A stretch of DNA of 42,241 bases from Salisapilia sapeloensis CBS 127946. Lineage: Eukaryota; Protista; Oomycota. This document shows, one piece after another, positions 19,330 to 28,920 of the stretch (its first letter is position 1; every line of letters starts with the position of its first letter). The notes beneath the pieces are model-generated. The model saw only the letters and a program-made list of their open reading frames with translations, did no database searches and was not told where the DNA came from. Location of the stretch: contig JAADVB010000169.1 of the NCBI GenBank assembly GCA_023334545.1, forward strand, positions 1 through 42,241, given 5' to 3'. Both the position numbers and the translations under genes were made by a program.

Positions 19330-19809
19330 TTATAGCTGACGAGAGGACGCGAGTTCTAACAGGTTGGAGCCTACTTGGAGGACTTCTAGCTTGCATATCT
19401 TGTTGTCGACGGTAGAGCACATGGTCATGGCGCCCCATACCTTGCGCAGGGCTCTATCAAATGATGTGAGGAGGTAGATTGAATAGTTGGATTGGTGCAT
19501 ACTCTTGTCGCGTGCGTAGGATAGCAGTGATAGGGTCTTTGATAGTAGCGTCTGAGACCTGTAGGATGTCTACTTCATGCTTACCGAGGTCGACTGCGCC
19601 AAAGACAGTCTTGAGTGTGCTGTCGATGGCGAATTTGACCGACTTGGGATCGATGGATATGACATTGTCTTCTAGTTTTCTGATATTGGCATAGATGAGC
19701 TGGATAATAGTGTGTAGTGGAAGAGGATGGTGTACATGGCTATCTTGATAAAGCAGTGTTCATGCCGTAGAGAGAACTTGTGATGCGGTGTCTGCTCCTT
19801 GATGTCCAT
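19330..19809 (-). CDS. RNase P/MRP subunit, Rpp14/Pop5-like, 3 exons (absent from the ORF track)
   Basis: Two GT-AG introns give MDIKEQTPHHKFSLRHEHCFIKIAIKLEDNVISIDPKSVKFAIDSTLKTVFGAVDLGKHEVDILQV...ILRTRQEALRKVWGAMTMCSTVDNKICKLEVLQVGSNLLELASSRQL*. This matches the FG...DIL...R......VW.ALT pattern of the family. Confidence 0.75.
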
Positions 19810-20185
19810 TATGGATATCCAGTGACGTCGTGTCAGAAGACCAAAACGTTTATATAGGCAATGCAGTAATAAATGGACGAAGAGATATGATCTACCCTAA
19901 ATGGCTTCACAAGTTTATTGAATTTGACAAAATGTGAACATATGGGTTCATGTCTGTTCCTCGATGGCGGACATCATGTACTGCATCTACCACGTTTCTA
20001 CTAATTTAAAGTACACGAGTATCTGAAGAACGTAGAAATGCTTAGGATAGAACCTGTAGCTGAAAGAAGAGTCTAATTGCTTGTATTCTTTACTTGATTT
20101 TTTGGGTTTGAAACGGTAGTTGACCTATCGAATCACATTTTGTCCTTTTTAAGTATCGGTTTTGAGCTTCGGGGAGTACTCGGTC

Positions 20186-20989
20186 ATGGCGCTCGATGAG
20201 ATTAAAATCGTGGTCACGCAGGTGCAGAAGCAGGCACAGGATATGACCAAGAAGGCTGCTTCTGTTGCGACAAAGAATAAGAATGCAGATGCGAGCAATA
20301 GCGGTGAAAATGCTGCGTCGACAGGCACGGCAGACATGCCAACTCCGACGTGCCCAACGCTCACTCGTCAGCAGCGCTTGATGGGTTTCGGTATCTGTTT
20401 TGCCATCGGATATGTCCTCTCTTTTGCTGTATGTACAGTCTTTGATTCTTTGTAGCCATGCAGCTCATATTGTGCCTAGTCCACCCTGGCGCTGATGCTT
20501 GGCGAGCGTAGCGCCACCAAGTTCGGTATCACATACTCTCTCGGCAATATCATTGCTCTCTGCGGGTACGAGAGTTTATTCCTATTCTTTTTATGCTAGC
20601 ACTGACGATTCCTAGGTCTGGCTTCATCGTCGGTCCCAAGCAGCAGTGGAAGCTCATGATGAAGCCTGTGCGGCGAGCAGCGACGGTCGCCTACCTCGTG
20701 TTATTAGTCGCAGCTCTGACGGTTGCAATCGCGGTACGATTACGATTTATCTACCAGTAGCTCTATCTGTATTAAATATGCGATGTAGACGCCACGTCTT
20801 GGCGGTTTGGTTCTGGTGCTTGTCTTCATGCAATTCCTCGCTGCGATATGGTAGGAATAAGGATGTTTATGTGTTGATATATTAGCTTATAGAGGAACGT
20901 GTAGGTATTCGGCAAGCTATATTCCGTACGGCCGGAAGATTATTTCCAAGGTGTGCAAAAACGTCTGTGGCAAGGCTGTAGAGTGGTAG
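20186..20989 (+). CDS. SFT2: Vesicle transport protein SFT2 (Got1/Sft2 family), 5 exons
   Basis: LTRQQRLMGFGICF, KFGITYSLGNIIAL, GPKQQWKLM, QFLAAIWYSASYIPYGR. Four GT-AG introns keep the frame to TAG 20987-20989. Confidence 0.88.
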
Positions 20990-21311
20990 AGATGGATAGC
21001 CCATGTCCGAATGCAATTGCAGATTTATTTTACTCTTGTTTCAAAGGAAAACATTGCTTTGAATGGACTTTTTGTAGAATTGGTAGATGATGTCGTATGG
21101 ATGACAAGATCTCTTGTTGGACTAGAAGGCGAACTAGCTTTGGTCAATTGTTTCTGGGTGGGAACTAGACTGATTCTCGGATCTGCTACTACTTCCCCCG
21201 CTTCTGCTGTTTAGTCCAAAGACTATTGTGCTTTTCATTTTGACAAGAATGTTTTAGTACCGTCTTGAGAGAAAGCAAACCTCCGCGTGCGTTGACCATC
21301 ATGCGCTTTTA

Positions 21312-21875
21312 TTGCTATGGAGCAAATGCTTAGGCACTTGTCATTCAACGGGTTACCACGAAAAGTATCATGGCAGCTTAGGCCATGTTCGCGCTAGATA
21401 TCGACTCGGCAACATTGGAGATTCTCCTTTTGTAATTCTAATCATGATAATCGAATTGGGCAATCCCGTGTTCGCTGAGGATAGCCGATTTGATTTACTA
21501 CTTATCGTTGGAAACCTAATGGAACACTACAAAATAACTTTCTTACACTATATCGAATGCATAAGCGAGTGTTCTATACTGCCAATGGAGATGCGAATTT
21601 ATATTCTTGGTCTATCTCTGTCTTCGTTTTTCATGCAATCAGGAGGAAATGATCTTGGAGAAGACTTCAAGTCGCACTTGGTTCTCGACATGTGCACATT
21701 TGAAAAAGCGCGCGAAAGACTTGGTGAGCTCTTCGATTTACTTGCGTTAGTTAGTTCTTCGCTTTTATTTCGGAACAGGGATAGTACAGTGGTGGACGAG
21801 ATAATTGAGCGATGTTCGCGACTCGCACTGTATTTCGTCCCAGTGAAATGGAGAAGAGCTCAATGTTGCAAGTAA
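21312..21875 (+). CDS. Uncharacterised ORF or gene remnant, possible distant paralog of 18082..19296
   Basis: 187-codon open frame in an AT-rich island with no clear ATG. LLIVGNLMEHY...F...ILPMEMRIYIL resembles LLAVGYWLRQY...F...NIPKAIRDIVL. Confidence 0.35.
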   Translation: MLWSKCLGTCHSTGYHEKYHGSLGHVRARYRLGNIGDSPFVILIMIIELGNPVFAEDSRFDLLLIVGNLMEHYKITFLHYIECISECSILPMEMRIYILGLSLSSFFMQSGGNDLGEDFKSHLVLDMCTFEKARERLGELFDLLALVSSSLLFRNRDSTVVDEIIERCSRLALYFVPVKWRRAQCCK

Positions 21876-22348
21876 ATCGAATGACACTTCAACCTGAAGG
21901 ACTTCGATGATCAACTACGATGAGCTCGATACTAGCCTCACGAAAGCATGGCAGATGAGCGGACGATACATGTGTATAGGCCTAGAAAGGTAAATAGCAG
22001 CCTATGAGTAGGACGAATCGCCAAAGACTTGGGCATTGGTTCCTACTACAGTGTTTGTGTGTCTGTTCGAATAATACCCGATTATCCGCTCGACGAACAC
22101 GGCCTTGCTTATCTATATTCGGTCTATATTACTGTGGTTCATGTATCATAGGACTACTTTCCCATACATATCATGGCGCTAGCAACGTAGGTGAGCGTTA
22201 TAAGCTGCAGATAGCTGACCATAATGCAGCATCCATCCAACTTCAATAGAACTTCAAATCTATGACACAAAACCCACACGTCCAAGCAAACATCCATTTC
22301 TTGATCTCTTACCGAAGACTACTGGTAAAAGATTGTCAGTTACTCCAA

Positions 22349-23625
22349 CTAATCTTTTTCTTTCCCATCCACAGGCAAACCGTTCTGGCAATGTACTTGA
22401 CGTTCAGCGACTACAAGCGATTCGAATGCTTTAACTAATCGTTCTTTCATCTCACACACTTCCTCGAGAAAAGCTTTCACATTACACGTCGGATTGGGAA
22501 TGCGGTACTTTGGAAATTTTCCAAAGTTTACGGATAAAAGAAAGTCGATGAGCTTGATCAAATCCGTTGAAATTGAGATTGCCTTACTGAGGTCTTCTGA
22601 CACTGCAGGAAGCAAAAAGTAAACTCGTACAAGCTCCCATACCAATTCGATTGTTTCGACATCCAAAGGAAGTTTTGTAAGGCCATCAAATGCGCGATGA
22701 ACTTCCTCTTTGTCAAACTTTGTAAGCGACCGTAGGACATAAATTCGGCTGGAGGTAGATTCAGTAACTACCGTATCTACGTCGAGCACCCACGACTGCT
22801 TCATAGGAAATTGGCTTTCCAGTCTTAGCTCATCTCTTAGCAATATACCTGTATCAGGATAGCAGCATACTCTCTTCGTAGAATTCCATAAACAAACTTC
22901 GGTTTCATCTGTCTCCCAGAAGCAAAACGCTTTGGCGCTTTCATCTTCTGAGCCTTTTACAAGTATCTGTAAAGCATTACCCTCATCGCATTTGTCCAAG
23001 TCTTTAAGCGGTTATGCAGGAATTAAAATACAGGGACGCTGTAGACCTCATCGTTCACCACTTTGCGTCCCAATTGCTCAGTATATAGTTGTTCTCCTCT
23101 CGCCACAAGAAACCTGTTAGGCTTGCCTAATACACGCAGAATCACGCGACTAGTATCATTCAGAAGAAGTGACCAGTGAATGTAAATAGGCACAGACAAC
23201 TCGAACTTTCTTTTGTCGAAGTATACTTTAACAGTGCATACGCGTCCTCCAAAGTCAGACCGAAAAAGAGAAGCACAATTGCGCACTTCTTCGGATAAAA
23301 CTTCCTCTAGCCATTCATCTTGCGATTTTGTCGACATTGGGGTTAGCTGAGCGTGCACGATGACTTTGCGTATGCTCGGATGCATGCCAACATACTTAAA
23401 AAGCGCTTGAGCGAATAGTCCGCTGTGCATTCGAAGATGATAACCAAGGGACAGCAAGGGCTCAAACGAGACCCACTTGTCTTCACCCGGCTGCTGTCTA
23501 ACATCATCCACAACAGCGTTCCATCATTCCTGTACATAGAAGACATCCGCCTGCGTTGGTCCTTGATCGCTTTGAATACTCTCCATAAGATGATGAAGCA
23601 CAGCTTCGACATAAAGCGGAGATAT
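22349..23625 (-). pseudogene. Pseudogene paralog of 18082..19296
   Basis: Reads ISPLYVEAVLHHLMESIQSDQGPTQADVFYVQE*W...WVSFEPLLSLGYHLRMHSGLFAQALF. ATA at the position of the paralog's ATG, TGA at 23524-23526, TAA at 23023-23025 and a frameshift near 23000. The C-terminus stays alignable. Confidence 0.85.
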
Positions 23626-23894
23626 CCTTCGTGTAGCAATTACCAGTGATACTAGTACTTTGCGTTCTTTGTAGTAGATTCCAAACTACGATCTTTCTAT
23701 ATGTGAGAAGAAAAAGTATTTTGTCCAACACCAACTACCGTTTTACTCTACCTCCTACCCATTCGATCCTACGCTAGTCGTACACTATCCTACTGCTCCC
23801 ACCTTCCTCTTCATTACATACTAATGCAGGCTGAAAGCGTACTACTAGACGTCGTAACTTGATCCTAAAGGCAAAAGTATATTCTCAAATCAAC

Positions 23895-25604
23895 TTAACG
23901 ACGTCGTGGTGATCCACTCTTCCTGCTCTTCCTCGCTTCATCCAAGAACTGATCCAACCCGAACGGATCATCTTCATCACTATCACGACCTCTATCCCTC
24001 GACCTAGATCTAGAACGCGATCTCCGACGTCGATCTCTCGATCTCGATCTCGATCTCGACCTCGACCTCGACCTCCGACGTCTGTCTCTCGACCTAGAAG
24101 CAGACCTCGACCTAGGTCGATCTCTCGGCTCCTCCTTCTCCTCGTCACTCTTTTGCTCGTACGAGAACTGGACCGGACCATCTCGTCCATGTCCCACTTC
24201 CTCCGTTCCCTTAAACTGTTTATCTGCCTTAAACCGCTTCGTACTCTTCAGCTCTTCCACTTCTTTATCCGGATCATGCAACCCACTCCCATCCGCCTTT
24301 GGTCGATACACACTCGCCTTGCCTCGATCCAACATCGGCTTCGAATACACGTTATACTCGTCTTCATGGCCAAAGCCAGACGCGAGGCCTTGGCTCTGAT
24401 TAAACAGTCTCGAGTCGAACATGGTATCACTCCCGCCGGCCTTACCTCCTTGCATCTGCCCTAACGCGATCTTCTCCGACACATCTCGATCTTCATCACG
24501 TGCAGACTTGCCTCTTTTCCCGAGCTTCTCCATCCGCATCTCTCGCTCGCGATCCTTCTTCCGTTCCTGTCGCATCCGATCACGCTCTTCTTCGCCTTCT
24601 TCTTGCCATCCAGAACGCTCCATACGTGCCTTCTGCGCCATCTCCCGCAGCTCCTGTTCCTTCTGTTCTTTCTCTTTCATCGCCACTTGCTTCTGGACTT
24701 GAGCTCGAGTGTTCACTTCTTCACGAGCTTTGCGCTCGGCGATGGCAAGTGCTTCGGACAAATTCGCAAACTTGTCGTTGACAGTCACTTGCTGCTGTCC
24801 TCTTCCATCGACAGCAAGACGTTTATCTAATGCAATGGTGAATCCCTTGGAGTTCTTCCAGTTCGAGATGACAGGAGGGATCTTCCAGTTCTGTTGGTCT
24901 TCGACCGTGAGCTTTCGAGGTGGAGAATGAAGCACTGGGACTGGAGGAGACGGAGGCCCTCGTGCAGCTTTCGTGTGCTGGAACTTTGGTGGTTCCATCG
25001 GGTCTTTCGGAGCTTCCACGAGCTTTACGAGACGCTGCTTGTGGCTCGATTGGTCGTTCGGCGTGTACCGGACGTAGCTCGAGACTTCCTTCGCGCTCTT
25101 CTGACGAGATACATTGACTGGGTGGGATGCTGCGATTTTGCCCGATACGAGTTTCTCTAAAGCCTCTTTTGTACGATTCGCCGTCTCGACTTCTTCATCA
25201 TGAGTTGGTTTCGATGCTTCCTCTGCTCCTTCCTTCTTTTCGACTAGATCGCTGTATTGCGTGTATACTTTCTTATCTCGATGGTGCTGTGTCACAATTG
25301 CGTCGTAGCTGACAGCGCCGTCCTCGCCGCGTACTTGAAGCGCGAGTGTGTTCCGATCGGACGCGCCGGACTTGCCCTTGCGGCCCATATTGAGCGGAAA
25401 TTGGGAGACGTGGATCTCAGGAAACGCACCGCCATCACCAAAGTCTTCTTGGCTACGAGGGATAAAGTTCTGCTGTTTACGGTGAGGATAGGATGGTATG
25501 TGCTTGGGCGCTGGCGTCGATTTTTTCTCACGACTGGGAGACGTCGGCGTTTCGTCCTTGTACGTCTTGTAGGAACGTACAGGATCGGGAAACAAAGAGC
25601 TCAT
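23895..25604 (-). CDS. SNW1: Splicing factor SNW1/SKIP (Prp45)
   Basis: DFGDGGAFPEIHVSQFPLNMG, DPMEPPKF, SPPVPVLHSPPRKLT, WKIPPVISNWKNSKGFTIALDKRLA, DSRLFNQ and DPFGLDQFL. Confidence 0.96.
   Translation of the reverse strand: MSSLFPDPVRSYKTYKDETPTSPSREKKSTPAPKHIPSYPHRKQQNFIPRSQEDFGDGGAFPEIHVSQFPLNMGRKGKSGASDRNTLALQVRGEDGAVSYDAIVTQHHRDKKVYTQYSDLVEKKEGAEEASKPTHDEEVETANRTKEALEKLVSGKIAASHPVNVSRQKSAKEVSSYVRYTPNDQSSHKQRLVKLVEAPKDPMEPPKFQHTKAARGPPSPPVPVLHSPPRKLTVEDQQNWKIPPVISNWKNSKGFTIALDKRLAVDGRGQQQVTVNDKFANLSEALAIAERKAREEVNTRAQVQKQVAMKEKEQKEQELREMAQKARMERSGWQEEGEEERDRMRQERKKDREREMRMEKLGKRGKSARDEDRDVSEKIALGQMQGGKAGGSDTMFDSRLFNQSQGLASGFGHEDEYNVYSKPMLDRGKASVYRPKADGSGLHDPDKEVEELKSTKRFKADKQFKGTEEVGHGRDGPVQFSYEQKSDEEKEEPRDRPRSRSASRSRDRRRRSRSRSRSRSRSRDRRRRSRSRSRSRDRGRDSDEDDPFGLDQFLDEARKSRKSGSPRRR
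24005..24125 (-). repeat. (TCTCGA/CCTCGA)n hexamer repeats encoding an RS-rich tract in SNW1
   Basis: Tandem ctcgat/ctcgac hexamers; the translation SRDRRRRSRSRSRS occurs twice. Confidence 0.85.
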
Positions 25605-25835
25605 CGTGTACTTCGGTGACTAGAGTACAGTTTAATACAAGCTTTATGGATGCTAAAGGGTCTAGTGTCTCGAGAGGAGCGGTGGAAGACGAGTACTAGC
25701 TCGTCCGTCGAATGCTCGTTTTCGATTTCGTGTCCAACAAGAGTATGTGATTAGACAGGTTATTTTGCATACAAAGTTCAGTAGAGTGTGTATTAATTCT
25801 AACAGGTTGGACAAGAAGGAGCAAGTAGAGATCTG

Positions 25836-26876
25836 ATGGCGCTTACGCTACCTATTCCAGAGGAAGGAGAGTTCAGGTACCTCATCTTATGAGCTTAGAC
25901 TGTTGTCTAGCATCTCTAATTTATGGTGATATTTATAAAATATCATAATAGCTCTCGTATTGCAGCATTTTCGCTGGAAGAAGAGGAAGTGGAGATCGAT
26001 TCTCCTACGACGCTCTTTCGTGTACGCTTCTTCATGGTTATTAGGATCAAAATAGGCTCTTATAAGATGGATGTGATGGTGCAATGTAGTGGGGCAAGTC
26101 TATAAAGAAGCAATTAGGTGCGGAAGATGCTACAATCGCGACGAATAAGCTCGTGATCGCCATGCCAGGAGCTCCACAGCAGTTCATTCACCACGTCACG
26201 TCCGAATGGACTACTATCGGCACTGTCATTTCCTCCGACCAGACCATTGTACCTCTTCTCTCTATCTATGTAGCTTTCTATAAGCTAAAGCGATAGTAGA
26301 CGAGCTGTCGACTGGATACGAGCACCCCTCTCACGTGCTCCATCAAGGCCAAGACGTCCGATATGAAGGCAGTAGATGTACTAGTGATTCAGCTCAGTCA
26401 GGAAGTATCAGAGCTATCGACTTGGAACTGGATGGACGCTGTCTTAAGCCATATCTATGCCGAAGAGATCCTCTGCTTGGACTCGCAGCTAGCTGGAGCA
26501 TACGAGAATGGCTATCCGAATGAAAGCTATCCGCTCTTGAGGACATTAACTTCTGCAAGTGTATCGAAGGAGGTGGCCGTACGTAAGCTGGAGACACCTC
26601 GATTCGTTACTGGACTCTCTGCTGCCTTCCTTACTCATGTATGGATTACTTTAGATGATATGACGCATGAGGCTGATGTGTAGATGGTAGGGCGAGTTGC
26701 GACAGAAGAGAGTGCACGTGTTTGTTGCCATACGTGACTTTACGACCTTGCCTTCAGACGTTATCAAGAGCTTTTTGCAAGTGACGTCTGTGTTGGGATT
26801 GGAACAGCCTTTATCGTTCCAAACGAATGGCAGAGCGCCAAGAGACCCATCGCTCGTGAATGACCTCTACACGTAG
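25836..26876 (+). CDS. PSMG1: Proteasome assembly chaperone 1 (PAC1), 5 exons
   Basis: Four GT-AG introns give MALTLPIPEEGEFSSR...KLVIAMPGAPQQF...STWNWMDAVL...YPLLRTL...LETPRFVTGLSAAFLTHGELRQKRVHVFV...NDLYT*. The C-terminal Hb-Y-X motif is typical of PAC1. Confidence 0.85.
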
Positions 26877-28052
26877 ATCTGAATAGACACGTCTTTTGCT
26901 TCTTTCCTAGCTATGGTGACTTTTTTCTCATTAGTATTGGGTAGTGATTTGGTTATATGATGCGTTTGTGTCTTTGACAGACTCCTGTTCTCTTCTCGAC
27001 CTACCTAGCATTGTTATCTTCGCTACTACTCTTATGGTGTTTGAGTTAAGAACTTTTGTATCGAGCTCTCGATTGTGTAGTGTATAAGGAGCTTGGTGCT
27101 TTAAAGGTAGAAGAACAGGAACTACTTTTACATGACTGTAGCAGTGTTTGCACAAGAGGTAATCGAGCTGAAGTAAAGACAGCTTGGTCTTCGAATTGAA
27201 GCTGTGATGGTCCAGCTCATACTCCCTTTGCTGCACTTGGAAGCGACTTATTGGTAGCAGCAAACACTGTCGACGTGGTAAATGATTAGAATCTGAATAT
27301 GATGGGGAATGTGACGTCTGACGACTCTGCTCTTGCTTTACCTACCTCCTCATGGTTATCGAATGCAATCGGGATGTATTGATCTGTAGAAATAAGCTGA
27401 TTCGACATACCGACGTACATCGCACCCAATTGTCTTGTTACAGGCACTTTGTTGAAACTTGGCGTTATTTTGATGTAAAGCTATTTCCATTTAGTACGGT
27501 GGATCCCTGCTGGTAGCATGCTTTCGGTTTACAATTTTAGCCGTCCGTGTACGCTTGTGGGAAACATACTCCGATTCACTCGTCGCGTGTTATCCGACAT
27601 TCAATCGTACATGTACTGAAGGTACAATTGCATAGATACGAAAGAAATAGCAGGAGCTGAAGCAAAACTTCGTAGCAGACCAAGCGCATATATTGACTCG
27701 TTCTAGTAGCTTCCTAAGACGATTTATCTTATTGTAGTGGTCATGGTCACACATCATGGTAACCTTGTATCTCGGTTTCTAGCAGCTAGATCTCCGGAAA
27801 CTTTAAATACAAGCGTAAAATAGACGTAAATAGAGCATGGTTCAACAAATCGAAGCCTCGTTATGCTTTTAATGATATAAAAACGAAAAAAAGTCATAGA
27901 CATCAAGATGTCATTTTTATCAGCGTGGCACATCAAAGTCTATACAAGCGATCACTTCTAGTGTGCTACAGATTCAGAGTAAACGGTAGCCCATTCTTAT
28001 TAGAGCCTTTTGACGACTTAGTCACAGGCAATACTTTAGGCATTTAAACTAC

Positions 28053-28265
28053 CTACCCTGCTTTCATGTACGTTTTCCATGGTCGATCGGGATGGTTTTC
28101 GATAATGTACTCCATTCGATCTTTGAGCTTTCCAGTACTTTCATTGAATAGCGGGGATCCCCCCGCATAACAAATTCCCTCGTTATCTCCAAATTTGTTG
28201 CGGTTATCTTTTGCAATCCATGTCTCAATCGCTTCCTTCTCTTTTTTCGAAAGGTTCTGAACCAT
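28053..28265 (-). CDS. Small 70-aa protein with a GG[ST]PLF.E.TG...DR..YI...HPD.PW motif, unknown function
   Basis: Intact ATG-to-stop ORF with protein-like composition inside the decayed AT-rich island. The motif is recalled from uncharacterised proteins and is unverified. Confidence 0.7.
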   Translation of the reverse strand: MVQNLSKKEKEAIETWIAKDNRNKFGDNEGICYAGGSPLFNESTGKLKDRMEYIIENHPDRPWKTYMKAG

Positions 28266-28614
28266 TGTATCTATGTGGTTCAGGTGTCGACCGCGCTTAC
28301 AATAATACTAGTAGCTCGCTCGTTCAAGTCCGATGGATGGCTTTGGAGTAGATATCTGCACCGCTTTCTTCGTATGTAGCAAAGTGCAGAATGATATATA
28401 AACGGCATATCTACCTGAGACATGAAGCTACTTGATACTTTCTGGATATTACTTTGAAGAGCCTCTAAAGGGGTTAACGGATGCTTCCATACTTTTTCCA
28501 AGTTTCATACGATCTTTCCAGACTTCTTGCCAGTAAAAATTTATCGAATGGTTCATGTCACTAAATCAGTCATTCTGATCATCAAGTCTATCTGAAGGGA
28601 CTGAAAACGTGACT

Positions 28615-28920
28615 CTAGATACGAAAATAGCTCTTCCTCTTGAAGTTCAAATATGCTGTCATTAAAAATTCACGAAGTAATTTATGGTAGTCACATGGTG
28701 TATATAGGAAAAGAGCTAACTTGGCGACGTAAAAATAGAGATGGCGTGCAAAACGATGCAATTGAAGGATAATTGGGTACAACATTCGAAGATGGAGCGG
28801 GTTCACAAAATTTTACGAAATCAATCGTACGAGGTTATATGTTGGAGATGTGAACTGTAGTTGCTCTATATAGCTCTGCTCTGTGATTAATAGCTGCACA
28901 CAATCCATCTCGGCTGCCAT
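28615..28920 (-). pseudogene. Possible decayed DH (RhoGEF)-like gene fragment
   Basis: From ATG 28920: MAAEMDCVQLLITEQSYIEQLQ...LIS*NFVNPL...LYPIILQLHRF in one frame, with TAA at 28813-28815. It resembles the DH helix-1 motif (E)LL.TE..Y...L and F..PL. Confidence 0.3.

Noticed and set aside
23524-23526. In-frame TGA as possible selenocysteine or readthrough
   Set aside because: The paralog has Trp here, and the same copy has also lost its ATG and has a TAA and a frameshift. Decay is the simpler explanation.
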